Origin: an uncultured Actinomycetes bacterium
GTDB taxonomy: Bacteria; Actinomycetota; Coriobacteriia; Coriobacteriales; Atopobiaceae
Length of the DNA: 64,000 nt
Direction of reading: 5' to 3'
Assembly (NCBI GenBank): GCA_900313905.1
Contig: OMTG01000021.1
Coordinates: 28,017-92,016 of the forward strand
Made by a program: the position numbers and the translations under genes. Of this stretch, positions 9,164-19,200 are shown in pieces. Below the pieces are notes generated by a model that saw nothing but the letters and a program-made list of their open reading frames with translations, ran no database searches and was not told the DNA's origin. The first letter of the stretch is position 1. Every line of letters starts with the position of its first letter.

Positions 9164-9795
9164 CTGGATGACCTTTCCCTCGCCATCTTCGCAAGACGGG
9201 CCTTTGTCGCTGCGGCCGTCTCCTGCGCCTTCATGCGGCGCTCCTGCTCTGCCTGCGCCCGCTCGGCCTCGCGGACCAGCGCGGCTGTCTTCGTGTTGCC
9301 ATTCGCGTAGCGCGAGATGTCCTGCGTGCGCCGCAGGTTCGCATGGCAGATGGCTGCCGCCAGGGCATCGGCGCAGTGATCGGGATGCGGATCATGGTCG
9401 AGCTTCAGCACCTGCCTCACCATGAAGATCACCTGATGCTTGTCAGCGGCGCCGGTGCCGACGACTGCCTGCTTGATCTGCATCGGCGTATACTCGCCGA
9501 CCGCAAGGCCCTTCTCCGCTGCCGCTACGAGCGCAGCACCCCGCGCGTGCGCTGTCGCGATGGCCGACTTCGTGTTCTCGGCGAAGAAGATCTTCTCAAT
9601 CGAGAGCTCCGTCGGCTCGAACTGGATGATCGCATCGTTCACGTCCTGGTAGATGCGCCCCAGCCGTTCGTGCAGCGGCTCATCTGCCCCGGTCGCGATG
9701 CATCCATACGCGCGAGCGCGGTACTGGTTGCCCCGTGTCTCTATGATGCCCCAGCCCGTATGCGCCAGGCCAGGGTCGATGCCCATGATTACCAT
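9160..9795 (-). CDS. ruvC: crossover junction endodeoxyribonuclease RuvC with a ~45-aa basic C-terminal tail
   Basis: Catalytic N-terminus IMGIDPGLAHTGWG and a conserved HPDHCADALAAAICH block. The Lys/Arg/Glu-rich tail is not present in E. coli RuvC. Confidence 0.93.
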   Translation of the reverse strand: MVIMGIDPGLAHTGWGIIETRGNQYRARAYGCIATGADEPLHERLGRIYQDVNDAIIQFEPTELSIEKIFFAENTKSAIATAHARGAALVAAAEKGLAVGEYTPMQIKQAVVGTGAADKHQVIFMVRQVLKLDHDPHPDHCADALAAAICHANLRRTQDISRYANGNTKTAALVREAERAQAEQERRMKAQETAAATKARLAKMARERSSR

Positions 9796-9862
9796 CTGAT
9801 GCCGTCAGCTCCCCGAACATGAGTTCTGCTTCCCCATGGTACCACAGGCTTCCATCTGACAC

Positions 9863-11704
9863 TCAGTTCTCCGAGAAGGGATTTTCCCATGAGGGGAATC
9901 CCGGCTTCAGCGAGAAGCCGCCTTCCTCAGGCTCCTGCCCCTCCTCGTCCTGATGCTTGCCAGAAGCACCGCCCGACATCTCGCGGATGAGCTCGAAGGC
10001 ATCGCGGAGCGCCTGCTGGTCGCCTGCTGGGGGAATCTCGCCTGCATCGCTCCTGCCAGCGCCCTCCTCAAGACCCTGCTTGAGCCTCTCCATCATCTCC
10101 CCAAAGCTGGGCGCATCCTCTGCCTCCCTCTCATGGTCCATCCACACGTTGCCGAGCGGGGATTTCATCTCATCGATCGTCCGGAGCGATACCACGAAGA
10201 ACAGCGGGAGGACCATCCGCTTCGGCAGTGCATCGTAGAGCCGGTGCAGGACCGCCTTCTTGAAGTCGGGGTCCATCACAAGCTGCATGGTCTCGTTGTA
10301 GGTGCAGAACTGGTCAATCCTGCGTGCGAGCAGCGCATCGAGGCAGGCAAGCTGCCTGCGCGGCGTTGGCGCGGCATGCTCAATGCCGAAGATCTCCGGC
10401 ACTTCGAAGCGCCCGAGGATCGCCTCGGGGATCACGGGCGAGATCTCGTTCCTCGCCTCTGCCAAGCCGATGAGCTCGCTCCTGTATACGTCACCAAATG
10501 GTGCCCAAGCATACCTGATGCAGCTTATGGACTCGCCCAGAGCAAGGCCGGTCTTGTCGTCGTCCACAAGGACAAGAGACGAGCTTTGGCGGGCAAGCTC
10601 CTGGAGGAACGCCTCCTGGATGCTGCGCTCGAGCTCAGGAGAGCCCTGGGCCCAGGCCCCTGGCTGGGGCACCGGCATCCGGAAATCGGGCGTCCGCCAT
10701 TCGATGTGGAGCCTGCGTGCAAGCTCCAAGGTGGCTGGATCGTCAGTGGCAAGGAGCGCCTTGACCTTCATGGGGCCGACCGCATCGCAGGCAAGGGCGC
10801 AAAGCAGGCTCGACGGGAGGCTCCCATCGAGCATCAGCGCCACGCCGTCTGCGGACCCTTCCCGCACCAGATCGGCAAGGCCCCTGGCGAGTGCGCCCCA
10901 GAGCAGGCGCCGCTCCTTGGGGCCATCGGGCAGGGAGGGCTCGATCTCCTGCACCTGCTCCGACCCTTCCAGGTCGCAGCAGATGAGGGCCTCCTCCAAA
11001 AACGGTCCGCTCTTCACGAGCGACCCTTCAGGATCGAGCACGAAGCTTCCGCCGATGAAGATGTTGTCCCCGTAGCCGCCGAGGGAATTCGCGCAGACAA
11101 GCCACGACGATGTCTGGATCGCATCGTTGCGATAGCGGCTGCGGTCGAGCGCCGCTGCGCAGAGGGTGTCCGGATCGTCCTTCACATAGCTGTCGGATGG
11201 CAGGTAGAAGAGCACGTCGATATCAAAGTCGAAATCGCGGTAATCGTCGAGATTGTCGACCGTGAAGGCAAGGCCGCACCTATGTCCGCGGAACTCGAAC
11301 TCGGGCAGGTCCGGTGCCGGCATCTCGTCCGGCGACGGGAACGACTTCTGCTGCCGCAGGGCGCTGAGAGAGGATGCGAAGGCGCTCATGCGCAACGGGG
11401 TCGCATCCCCATTGTCCAAGAGGAACGCCTCGGAGCGGATATCGCCCGAGACCTCGCGCACCACCGGCACGATCGCGGCACAGGGCAGCTCCGTGGCAAA
11501 GTGGGCAAGCGTCTCGCTCGCATCATACAGATAGGCATCGTAGTCGCCTTCGTCGATCTCCTGCGTGCCAGTGAAGCTGGCATAGGGGAAGACCACGAGG
11601 TCGCAGCCTTCTGCATCCGCACGTCGGGCATACTCGAGCATCCGCCTTGCGGTGACCTCGAAATCCCCTGCAATCGTCGCAATCTGCGCAATGGCAATCT
11701 TCAT
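9863..11704 (-). CDS. NadE-like protein (CN-hydrolase domain plus NAD-synthetase domain) with degenerate catalytic motifs
   Basis: Start taken at MKIAIAQ (11704); the upstream ATG at 11737 is also possible. Two-domain NadE architecture, but the FPE glutamate box reads VVFPY, the catalytic Cys box reads LAFTVD, and the SGGxDS P-loop reads LDGSLPSS. Confidence 0.8.
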   Translation of the reverse strand: MKIAIAQIATIAGDFEVTARRMLEYARRADAEGCDLVVFPYASFTGTQEIDEGDYDAYLYDASETLAHFATELPCAAIVPVVREVSGDIRSEAFLLDNGDATPLRMSAFASSLSALRQQKSFPSPDEMPAPDLPEFEFRGHRCGLAFTVDNLDDYRDFDFDIDVLFYLPSDSYVKDDPDTLCAAALDRSRYRNDAIQTSSWLVCANSLGGYGDNIFIGGSFVLDPEGSLVKSGPFLEEALICCDLEGSEQVQEIEPSLPDGPKERRLLWGALARGLADLVREGSADGVALMLDGSLPSSLLCALACDAVGPMKVKALLATDDPATLELARRLHIEWRTPDFRMPVPQPGAWAQGSPELERSIQEAFLQELARQSSSLVLVDDDKTGLALGESISCIRYAWAPFGDVYRSELIGLAEARNEISPVIPEAILGRFEVPEIFGIEHAAPTPRRQLACLDALLARRIDQFCTYNETMQLVMDPDFKKAVLHRLYDALPKRMVLPLFFVVSLRTIDEMKSPLGNVWMDHEREAEDAPSFGEMMERLKQGLEEGAGRSDAGEIPPAGDQQALRDAFELIREMSGGASGKHQDEEGQEPEEGGFSLKPGFPSWENPFSEN

Positions 11705-11785
11705 GCAGCACCATCCAAAAAAGGGCCCGAGCGTCATGCGCCCGAGCCCGTCCTTCTCGAAACAGGGACTATTCCCAAAGAGCGC

Positions 11786-12166
11786 CTAGAGCTCGCACTT
11801 CCAGAGCCCATGGAGGTTGCAGTACTCATAGACCGTTGCCGGCTCATCTGCGACCAGCGCGAACGTCGTCTGCGGCTTCTCGCCGGGATGCAGATGGTGC
11901 ACCTCGAGGCGGTCTCCCTGGGCCAGGGCGATCCACTGGATGTAGTGCTCCTCGAGCATGGGATGCTCGACAGAGCCCACCGTGACCTCCAGGTTGCCAT
12001 CCTTGCGGACGCAGACCGGCACATGCTTCTCGACAGCGGCATCCGTGGAGCCCGCAACCAGCTCATCCATCGGCTGGCCGCAGCACTGCGGCGTGCAGGC
12101 GCCTTTGTTGATCACAGCCACCAGGTTGCCGCACTTGCTGCAGCGATAGAACGTTGCCTCACTCAT
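11786..12166 (-). CDS. dfx: desulfoferrodoxin (class I superoxide reductase)
   Basis: N-terminal desulforedoxin Cys motif YRCSKCGN...CCGQPM and C-terminal SOR centre (KHVP, EEHYIQWI, CNLHGLW). The third in-frame ATG (12166) has the best spacing to the GAGAGGGG RBS and gives 126 aa. Confidence 0.88.
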   Translation of the reverse strand: MSEATFYRCSKCGNLVAVINKGACTPQCCGQPMDELVAGSTDAAVEKHVPVCVRKDGNLEVTVGSVEHPMLEEHYIQWIALAQGDRLEVHHLHPGEKPQTTFALVADEPATVYEYCNLHGLWKCEL

Positions 12167-12246
12167 AGCCATACCCCTCTCTGTGGACATTGCACTACTC
12201 TCTTGTTCCCCTCCCGCACAGAATCTAATCAGGAGCGGAGCAGAGG

Positions 12247-15200
12247 CTAGGCCACCACCACTTTCCCCTTATGGCCGACGAAATCGGAGACCTCGGCCAG
12301 AAGCACCATGTTGCGGGCATCCACTTTGCAGGGAAGGCCGAAGCGCACCAGATCCCCCTCGGCCGTCTCGACGCAGAGCTCGACCAGGTCGAGCCCCGGA
12401 TAGCGCACGAGCACCGACTCGAGGATCTCCATCTCGGCACGGGAGAGCATCGTGTAGGGCACGTTGACCTCCAGGACCTTCGGGCGGTTCGTCGAATCGT
12501 TCAGGACCAGAGGCTCCACCGTCGTGGCGATGATCTGATCGCCACGATCGGAGCGCTCGAGCTTGCCCCGCACCTGGATGAAGACATCGCCCACGGTCTC
12601 GCCGGTCTCCTCGTCGACCTCGCCCATGAGGGGGCCCTGGCACTCCTCGTAGAGCTTCGGGAATATCACGACCGTGGTCTCGGCCTCCATGTCCGCCAAG
12701 GTCACGATTGCCATCGACTTGCCGGTCTTCGTGGTCTTCTTCTGCACGCCTGTCACCATGCCGGCAAGGCGTATGCTCTTGCCCTCCTCGACGAGGTAGC
12801 GGGTCTGCGTGGCGCCGGTGCCAGCATTCGTGACCTCCTCGGAGACCTCAAGGTCCGAGAGCTTGTAGTCGCGGGCCTTCGAGAGCGCATATTCATACGG
12901 GCGCAGCGGATGGTCCGAGACATAGATGCCGAGCACCTCGTACTCCTGGGCCAGCTTCGTCCGGCGGTCCCATTCCACCCCATCGGGCTCTGGCACCTCA
13001 TCCTCGAACCCCGACCCCTCGACGGCGCCGAACATGTCGAAGAACGAGGACTGCCCTGCCGCACGATCGCGCTGGCGCTTCGCGGCGGAGTCGATGATGT
13101 TGCGGGGATTGTTCTTGTCGACGAAGTGCATGAGCTGCTTGCGGGTGTAGCCCGTGGAATCGAAGGCGCCGCTCTTGATCAGCGCCTCGACGACACGGCG
13201 GTTCGCCTGCGAGGAATCGACGCGGTCCACGAAGTCATGGAGCGTCTTGAAGGGGCCGCCCTTCTCCCTCTCTGCCATGATGGCCTCGCCGACCGACTCG
13301 CCGACGCCGCGGATGCCGGCGAATCCGAAGCGGATGCCTTCGTGGGTCGCCGTGAAGTCGCGGCCGGACTCGTTGATGTCTGGCGGCAGGATGTTGATCC
13401 CCTCGTGGCGGCAGGAGTTCACATAGTGGACGATCTTGTCGGTCTTGCCCATGTAGGAGGTCAGGACCGATGCCATGTACTCGCGGGGGAAGTGGGCCTT
13501 GAGCCAGGCCGTCTGCATGACCAGGATGGCATAGCCGGCAGAGTGGCTCTTGTTGAAGGCATAGGAGGCGAACTCCAGGACATCATCCCAGATCTTCTGG
13601 GCGACCTCCCTCTTGTAGCCATTCGCGATTGCGCCATTCATCCAGTGGTCGTAGATCGTCTCGTCGGCGCCATTGCCCTCCCAGTGGAAGATCTGGCTCG
13701 TCAGCATCTTGATCTTCTTCTTGGCCACCGGCTTGCGGATGCGGGAGTCGGACTCGCCTGGCGTGAAGCCGCACATCTTCATCGAGATCTGCATGACCTG
13801 CTCCTGGTAGACCATCGTGCCGTAGGTCTCGTCCAGGATGTCGGAGAGGCGGTCATCGTAGAAGACGACCGGCTCCTTGCCATTCATGCGGTTGATGTAG
13901 CTCGTGACCATGCCGGCGCCGAGAGGGCCCGGGCGGTAGAGGGCGATCAGAGCGACGATCTGCTTGTACTCGCGCGGCTGCATGTTCTTGATCGTTGCTG
14001 TCATGCCCGCGGACTCGACCTGGAAGACGCCGGCCGTGCGGCCATCGCCCATGAGGCGGTAGATCGCAGGATCGGTGAAGTCGATCTTGTCCACATCGAT
14101 ATCGACGCAGGTGGCACCGGGCTTGATCGCCTTCTTCACGGTCTCGGGCATGCCCTCGATGTCTGAGGCATTCGGATAGGATACCCTGATGTTCGCGAGC
14201 GCCTTGTTGATGACAGTCAGGGTCCTGAGGCCCAGGAAGTCCATCTTGAGCAGGCCCATGTCGGCGACCGAATGGCCCTCGTACTGGGTGATCGTGACGT
14301 TGCCTTTGGTATCGAGCTTGGTCGGCACGTGGTCCGTGACAGGCGTCGGCGCGATCAGCGTGGCGCAGGCGTGGACGCCCTCGCCGCGCATGTAGCCCTC
14401 GATCGACATGGCCGCATCGATGATGGCCTTCGAGTCGGGATCCTTGTTGTACGCATCCTCGAAATCGGGCGAATACTGGTCCGGCTTGTCCGGATTCTTG
14501 TGGAGGGCATTGGCAAGCGTCAGCTTCGGGTCGTTCGAGAGCATCTTCGAGAGCTTCTGGCCCATGTAGACCGGATAGCCCAGGACGCGGTTCGCATCAT
14601 TGATGGCCTGCTTCGCCTTGATCTGCGAGTAGGTGATGACCTTGCAGACGCGGTCCTCGCCGTATACGTCGCGCACGTGCTGCAGGACGTCCTGGAGGTG
14701 CTCATCGTCGAAGTCCATATCGATATCAGGCATCTCGGTGCGCTGCGGGGAAAGGAAGCGCTCGAACATGAGGCCGTTCTCGAGCGGGTCGAAGTTCGTG
14801 ATGTTCATCGCGTAGGCGACGATGGCGCCTGCGGCAGAGCCACGGCCTGGGCCGACGCCGATGCCATTGTCCTTCGCCCACTGGACATAGTCCTGCACGA
14901 TCAGGAAGTAGTTCGCGAAGCCCTTGCCGATGATGATGCCAGCCTCGTGCTCGTAGCGCTCCTCGACATTGATCCCATTGATCGTGACGTTCTTCCAGTC
15001 CTTGCCATACCGGCGGGCAAGGCCCTTCTCGCACTCCTCGCGGAAGCGCTGCTCGGCCGTCTCGCCAGGCCGGAGTCCTGGGAACTCGGGCAGGTACATG
15101 GAGTTCCAGTCGAGCTCGTAATTGCACTTGCCGGCAACCTCGAGCGTGTTGTCGCAGGCTTCGGGGATCCACGAGAAGAGCTCGCGCATCTCGTCCTCGG

Positions 15201-16146
15201 TCTTCATGTAGAACTCCGTGCCCTCCATGCGCATGCGCGTCGTGTCGTTCACGGTCGTGTTCTTGCCGATGCAGGACAGGAGGTCCTGGGTCTTCGCATC
15301 CTCGCGCGTGAGATAGTGGAAGTCGTTTGTCGCGACGACCTTGATGTCGAGCTCATGGGCGATCTTCACGAGGCGCTCATCGAGCTTGCGGTCATCCCAG
15401 CCGTTCCGGAACTTGAGGCCGTGGTCCTGGATCTCGATATAGAAGTCGTCGCCGAAGACGCGCTTGAACTCCTTCGCCCAATGTATGGCATCCTCGAACT
15501 CGCCGTCGAGGATCCGCTGCTGGATGATGCCCTGCACGCAGGCGCTCTGGCAGATGAGCCCCTCGTGGTACTCCTCGAGCATCGCGAGCGTCGTCCTCGG
15601 CTTGTAGTACATCATCTCGTGGCCTGCCGCTTTCGACATGCACTTGATGAGGTTGACATAGCCCGTCTCGTTCTTCGCGAGCAGGATCAGATGGTAGCGG
15701 CGCTGCTTCGTGCCGCGCGGGATGCAGTCATCGGTGATGAAGTAGGCCTCGCAGCCGAAGATCGGCTTGATCTTGAGGCGGGGACGGTTCGCCTGGACAG
15801 CGGCCAGATCGTGGTCCGAGCTCTCCCAGACCGCGACATCGGATGCCCACTGCGCATGCACATCGTCGAAGTAGTCTGCATCAGGCGATGCGTTCTCAGG
15901 CTCCTCGAGATCCCAGCCCTTCTTGAAGCACTCCACATCGTGGCGCCACTGCTTCATGTTCGCCTGCTTGTCGTTGTAGGAACGGCATTCGAGGTCGAGG
16001 TTGGGGATGCCGAACATGTAGCCATGGTCGGTGAGCGCGACTGCCGGCATATCGAGGTCGACCGCCCTCTTCACCATCGCCGGGATGCGGGTGGCGCCAT
16101 CCAGCAGGGAGAAATCCGAGTGGTTGTGAAGATGCACGAAAGCCAT
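12247..16146 (-). CDS. dnaE: DNA polymerase III alpha subunit DnaE
   Basis: 1299 aa. PHP domain FVHLHNHSDFSLLDG, polymerase core (PDIDMDF, LGLLKMDFLGL), and HhH and OB regions. Confidence 0.97.
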   Translation of the reverse strand: MAFVHLHNHSDFSLLDGATRIPAMVKRAVDLDMPAVALTDHGYMFGIPNLDLECRSYNDKQANMKQWRHDVECFKKGWDLEEPENASPDADYFDDVHAQWASDVAVWESSDHDLAAVQANRPRLKIKPIFGCEAYFITDDCIPRGTKQRRYHLILLAKNETGYVNLIKCMSKAAGHEMMYYKPRTTLAMLEEYHEGLICQSACVQGIIQQRILDGEFEDAIHWAKEFKRVFGDDFYIEIQDHGLKFRNGWDDRKLDERLVKIAHELDIKVVATNDFHYLTREDAKTQDLLSCIGKNTTVNDTTRMRMEGTEFYMKTEDEMRELFSWIPEACDNTLEVAGKCNYELDWNSMYLPEFPGLRPGETAEQRFREECEKGLARRYGKDWKNVTINGINVEERYEHEAGIIIGKGFANYFLIVQDYVQWAKDNGIGVGPGRGSAAGAIVAYAMNITNFDPLENGLMFERFLSPQRTEMPDIDMDFDDEHLQDVLQHVRDVYGEDRVCKVITYSQIKAKQAINDANRVLGYPVYMGQKLSKMLSNDPKLTLANALHKNPDKPDQYSPDFEDAYNKDPDSKAIIDAAMSIEGYMRGEGVHACATLIAPTPVTDHVPTKLDTKGNVTITQYEGHSVADMGLLKMDFLGLRTLTVINKALANIRVSYPNASDIEGMPETVKKAIKPGATCVDIDVDKIDFTDPAIYRLMGDGRTAGVFQVESAGMTATIKNMQPREYKQIVALIALYRPGPLGAGMVTSYINRMNGKEPVVFYDDRLSDILDETYGTMVYQEQVMQISMKMCGFTPGESDSRIRKPVAKKKIKMLTSQIFHWEGNGADETIYDHWMNGAIANGYKREVAQKIWDDVLEFASYAFNKSHSAGYAILVMQTAWLKAHFPREYMASVLTSYMGKTDKIVHYVNSCRHEGINILPPDINESGRDFTATHEGIRFGFAGIRGVGESVGEAIMAEREKGGPFKTLHDFVDRVDSSQANRRVVEALIKSGAFDSTGYTRKQLMHFVDKNNPRNIIDSAAKRQRDRAAGQSSFFDMFGAVEGSGFEDEVPEPDGVEWDRRTKLAQEYEVLGIYVSDHPLRPYEYALSKARDYKLSDLEVSEEVTNAGTGATQTRYLVEEGKSIRLAGMVTGVQKKTTKTGKSMAIVTLADMEAETTVVIFPKLYEECQGPLMGEVDEETGETVGDVFIQVRGKLERSDRGDQIIATTVEPLVLNDSTNRPKVLEVNVPYTMLSRAEMEILESVLVRYPGLDLVELCVETAEGDLVRFGLPCKVDARNMVLLAEVSDFVGHKGKVVVA

Positions 16147-16170
16147 CTGTCACTCCTTCAGAGATCGTTG

Positions 16171-16204
16171 CGAAGACAAGGGAGCCTGCATGCGGCAGGC
16201 TCCC
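16171..16204 (-). terminator. GC hairpin downstream of addA and immediately upstream of the dnaE RBS (terminator or attenuator/processing hairpin)
   Basis: GGGAGCCTGC / GCAGGCTCCC 10-bp stem with a 5-nt loop, followed on the minus strand by CTTGTCTTCG and then the GAAGGAG RBS of dnaE. Confidence 0.4.
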
Positions 16205-16239
16205 TTCCTAGCATAGCAGAAATCATGCGAACATCTGTG

Positions 16240-19200
16240 CTACCACAGATAGGGCTCATGCTCCCCGTCGTAGTGGTAGGAGGCGACGAAGGGCTCATCG
16301 GGATGCTCTCCATCTGCCACCTCCACGCAGACGAAGCGGCAGTCGATGTCCGCAAAGCCTGCATCCCGGAGCACGCGGGCATAGAGGTCGGCCTGGAGGG
16401 CATGGCGGGAGGATATCTCCTCGGGGCCAAGCGTCGTGTCTCCCGTCTTGTAGTCGATGAGGAGGGCATGGGAGCGGTCATTCCAGGCAACAAGGTCGAA
16501 GGCTCCCTCCACCTGGCTGCCCAGTTCCGAGTGCGCCTCGCTGAAGAAGGGCATCTCGGGCACCAGATGCGCATAGGAGAGCGCCTCCTTGCGGACCGAC
16601 GAGGATGACCAGCGTGCCAGTGCACGCTCAAGCCGGCTGCACGCCCTTGGGCTCAGCCGCCAATGTTCCTCCATCGCCTTTATATGCCCTTCATCGGGAT
16701 ATTTCCCGGTCTCCACCATGGACTGGGCCAGAAGATGGAAGGCAGATCCAAGGTTGGTCGCCTTGTCCTCATCGGCAGCCACCGGTGCCCCTTCGAGCTC
16801 CGCATCGCGCTCGGCACGGTTCGGAAGCGCCCTGCCCCGCCCCGAAACGACCCGCTCCGCCTTGAGGCCGGATGCCCCTGCCATGGCATCCATGGCATCC
16901 TTGGCCTGGGAAAAGCTGAAGACGCCTTCGCGCGATCTCCTCATGCGGGTGCAGGCGCCCAGCACATCCTCCTCTCCTCCGAAGAGGTCGAAGGAGGGAG
17001 CTGCAGGCGTGCCAGACCCTGTTTCTGATGCCACGAGCGCAGCAGGATCGTCTGCCCAGTCACCCTCGATCTCAGGGACAGAGCCGCCTGAATCGATCGC
17101 AAAGCCCTTCCTGCCGTCCTCGGAGGCCTCCTTCCGGACCGTTACCGTATGGACCAGGGCATCCTCGGTCCCGCCATACGCAATCCGCGAGGTGCCAGAA
17201 TCGGGCAGATTGCCCTCGAAGAGGGCGTCGGCCACGCCTGCAGCAAGCTGGGGCGCGAGGCATCCATCCTTCTTCTCTGCGACCGAAAGGCCGAGGATCA
17301 ATGCCTCCTTCGCTCGGGTCAGCGCCACATAGAGGAGGCGCGCCGACTCCTCCGCTTCAGCCGTGAGGTCCTGCTCCTTGAGGGCGGCGTACCAGGCTCC
17401 GAGGGTCTTCGGGTCCTCTGGCGCCTCATCTGGCAGCTTCAGCTTGGCATCCTTCGGCGGCAGGATGCATGCCCGCCGATCCGTCTCGGGCACTGGTCCC
17501 GTGACGAAGGAGGATCCCCGTGGATTGGCCCAGCACTCAGCGACCGCGACCACATCGAACTCGAGGCCCTTCGAGGCGTGTATTGTCATGATCTTGACGG
17601 CAGAGGACTCGCCACCCGAGAGCGAGGCTGGCGGAATCTTCGAGACCTCGAGCCAGCGGTCGAATTCGGAGGCGGCGCGTGCTGGCCCCAGCCCCAGATC
17701 CTGCGTGAGGTCACGGATGTAGCGCAGGGCTGCAAGAACATTGGCGCTTGTGGCCTGTCCCTCGGCCCCTTGCGTGGCAAGGCGCGAAAGCCAGCCCGAT
17801 TCCTTCACCACATAGGTGCAGACATCAGCCACAGGAAGCCTCCGGGCCAGCTGTCGCGCACGGGTGAGGATACCGTGGGCACGGCTGAGGCGTGCAGAGG
17901 GCACAGTGCCTCCCCAGAGCTTCATCGTCTCGAAGCCCCGCTCGATCTGCCGCTTCGCCGGAGCGTCGCATCGGGGCTGCGATGTTGTCGCAAGCTCGAT
18001 GAAGTCTTCGGCCTCGAGGCCGAAGAGCGGCGAGGAGAGCAGCGGGAAGAGCCCCGACTGCGTGTCGTGGTCATTGGCAAGATAGTGCAGCAATGCCTGC
18101 ATCGTGGCAGCCTCGGCCGTCTGCGTGAAGGTCGAGCCGCCGGTCACGACGCACTCGAGGCCGACCTTCCTGATCGCATCGATGTAGAGGTCTGCATGCG
18201 TGCCTGCACGGAGCAGCAGCACCATCTTGCCAGGCAGCTCGCCGGCATCTGCATAGGCCCGGAAGCGCTTCGCTATCGCCATCGCGCCTGCAGCGGTCTG
18301 CATCTGCGAGATGCTGCTCTCTCCGCGCGTGAGCTCGATATCGATGCGGGGCAGCTCCTTTGCCCGGTATGCCTTCTCGTGGCCCTGCACCTTCTTCTCG
18401 TTGTCCGTAGGATCGAGATGCATGAAGTCCGCAAGGACGCCTGCCTTGCCTCCGCAGACCGCGTCGACAAAGGAGAGGATGTCGCGATGGCTGCGGAAGT
18501 TGGTCTGGAGCTGGATCCGGCTCTCCTCGGGCAGTGACGCTCCCCTCTTCTGGAAGACCGAGACATCGGCCCCGCGGAAGCGGTAGATCGACTGCTGCGA
18601 ATCGCCGACCGTCGTCAGGTGCTCCGCATCCTTTCCGGAGAGGAGGCTGATGAGCTTGACCTGCTTTGCGTCGGTGTCCTGGAACTCGTCGACCATAACG
18701 AGCTTGAAGCGTCCTTCGTAGTCGCGGGCCACGTCCGGCATCGTCTGCAGGGCCCAGAGAGCCTGGCTGATCAGGTCATCATTGTCGAGCAGCGAATGCT
18801 CATGCTTGAGCTCGCCGTAGCGCCTGTCGGCATCCTGGGCAATCTGGATCGCAGCCTCGGCGCTGGGACGCATGAGGGCAAGCTCCACCTCCCGCTCAAG
18901 CTCCTGGAAGGCCTCCTTCACCTCGGGGAGGAACTCCTTTATCCCGGCAGAGCTCCTTGGCATCTTCACCTGCGCAAGCGTTGCCTTGGCCTCCTGGGCC
19001 GTGCGTGCACCCGGCGCAAGCTTGCCGAATGCCTCGAGCGCATCGAGCGACGAGAGGACCAGGGGCAGCGCCGTCTTGCTGAGCTTGCATCCGGCAAGCG
19101 AGCCGTAGAGCGTCGTGAACTCCCCCATGAGGGAGGCGATGTCTGCCGCAGGCGGAATCCAGAGCCCCTCGAAGCCGTCAGGCGAGGCGATGGCCGCCTG

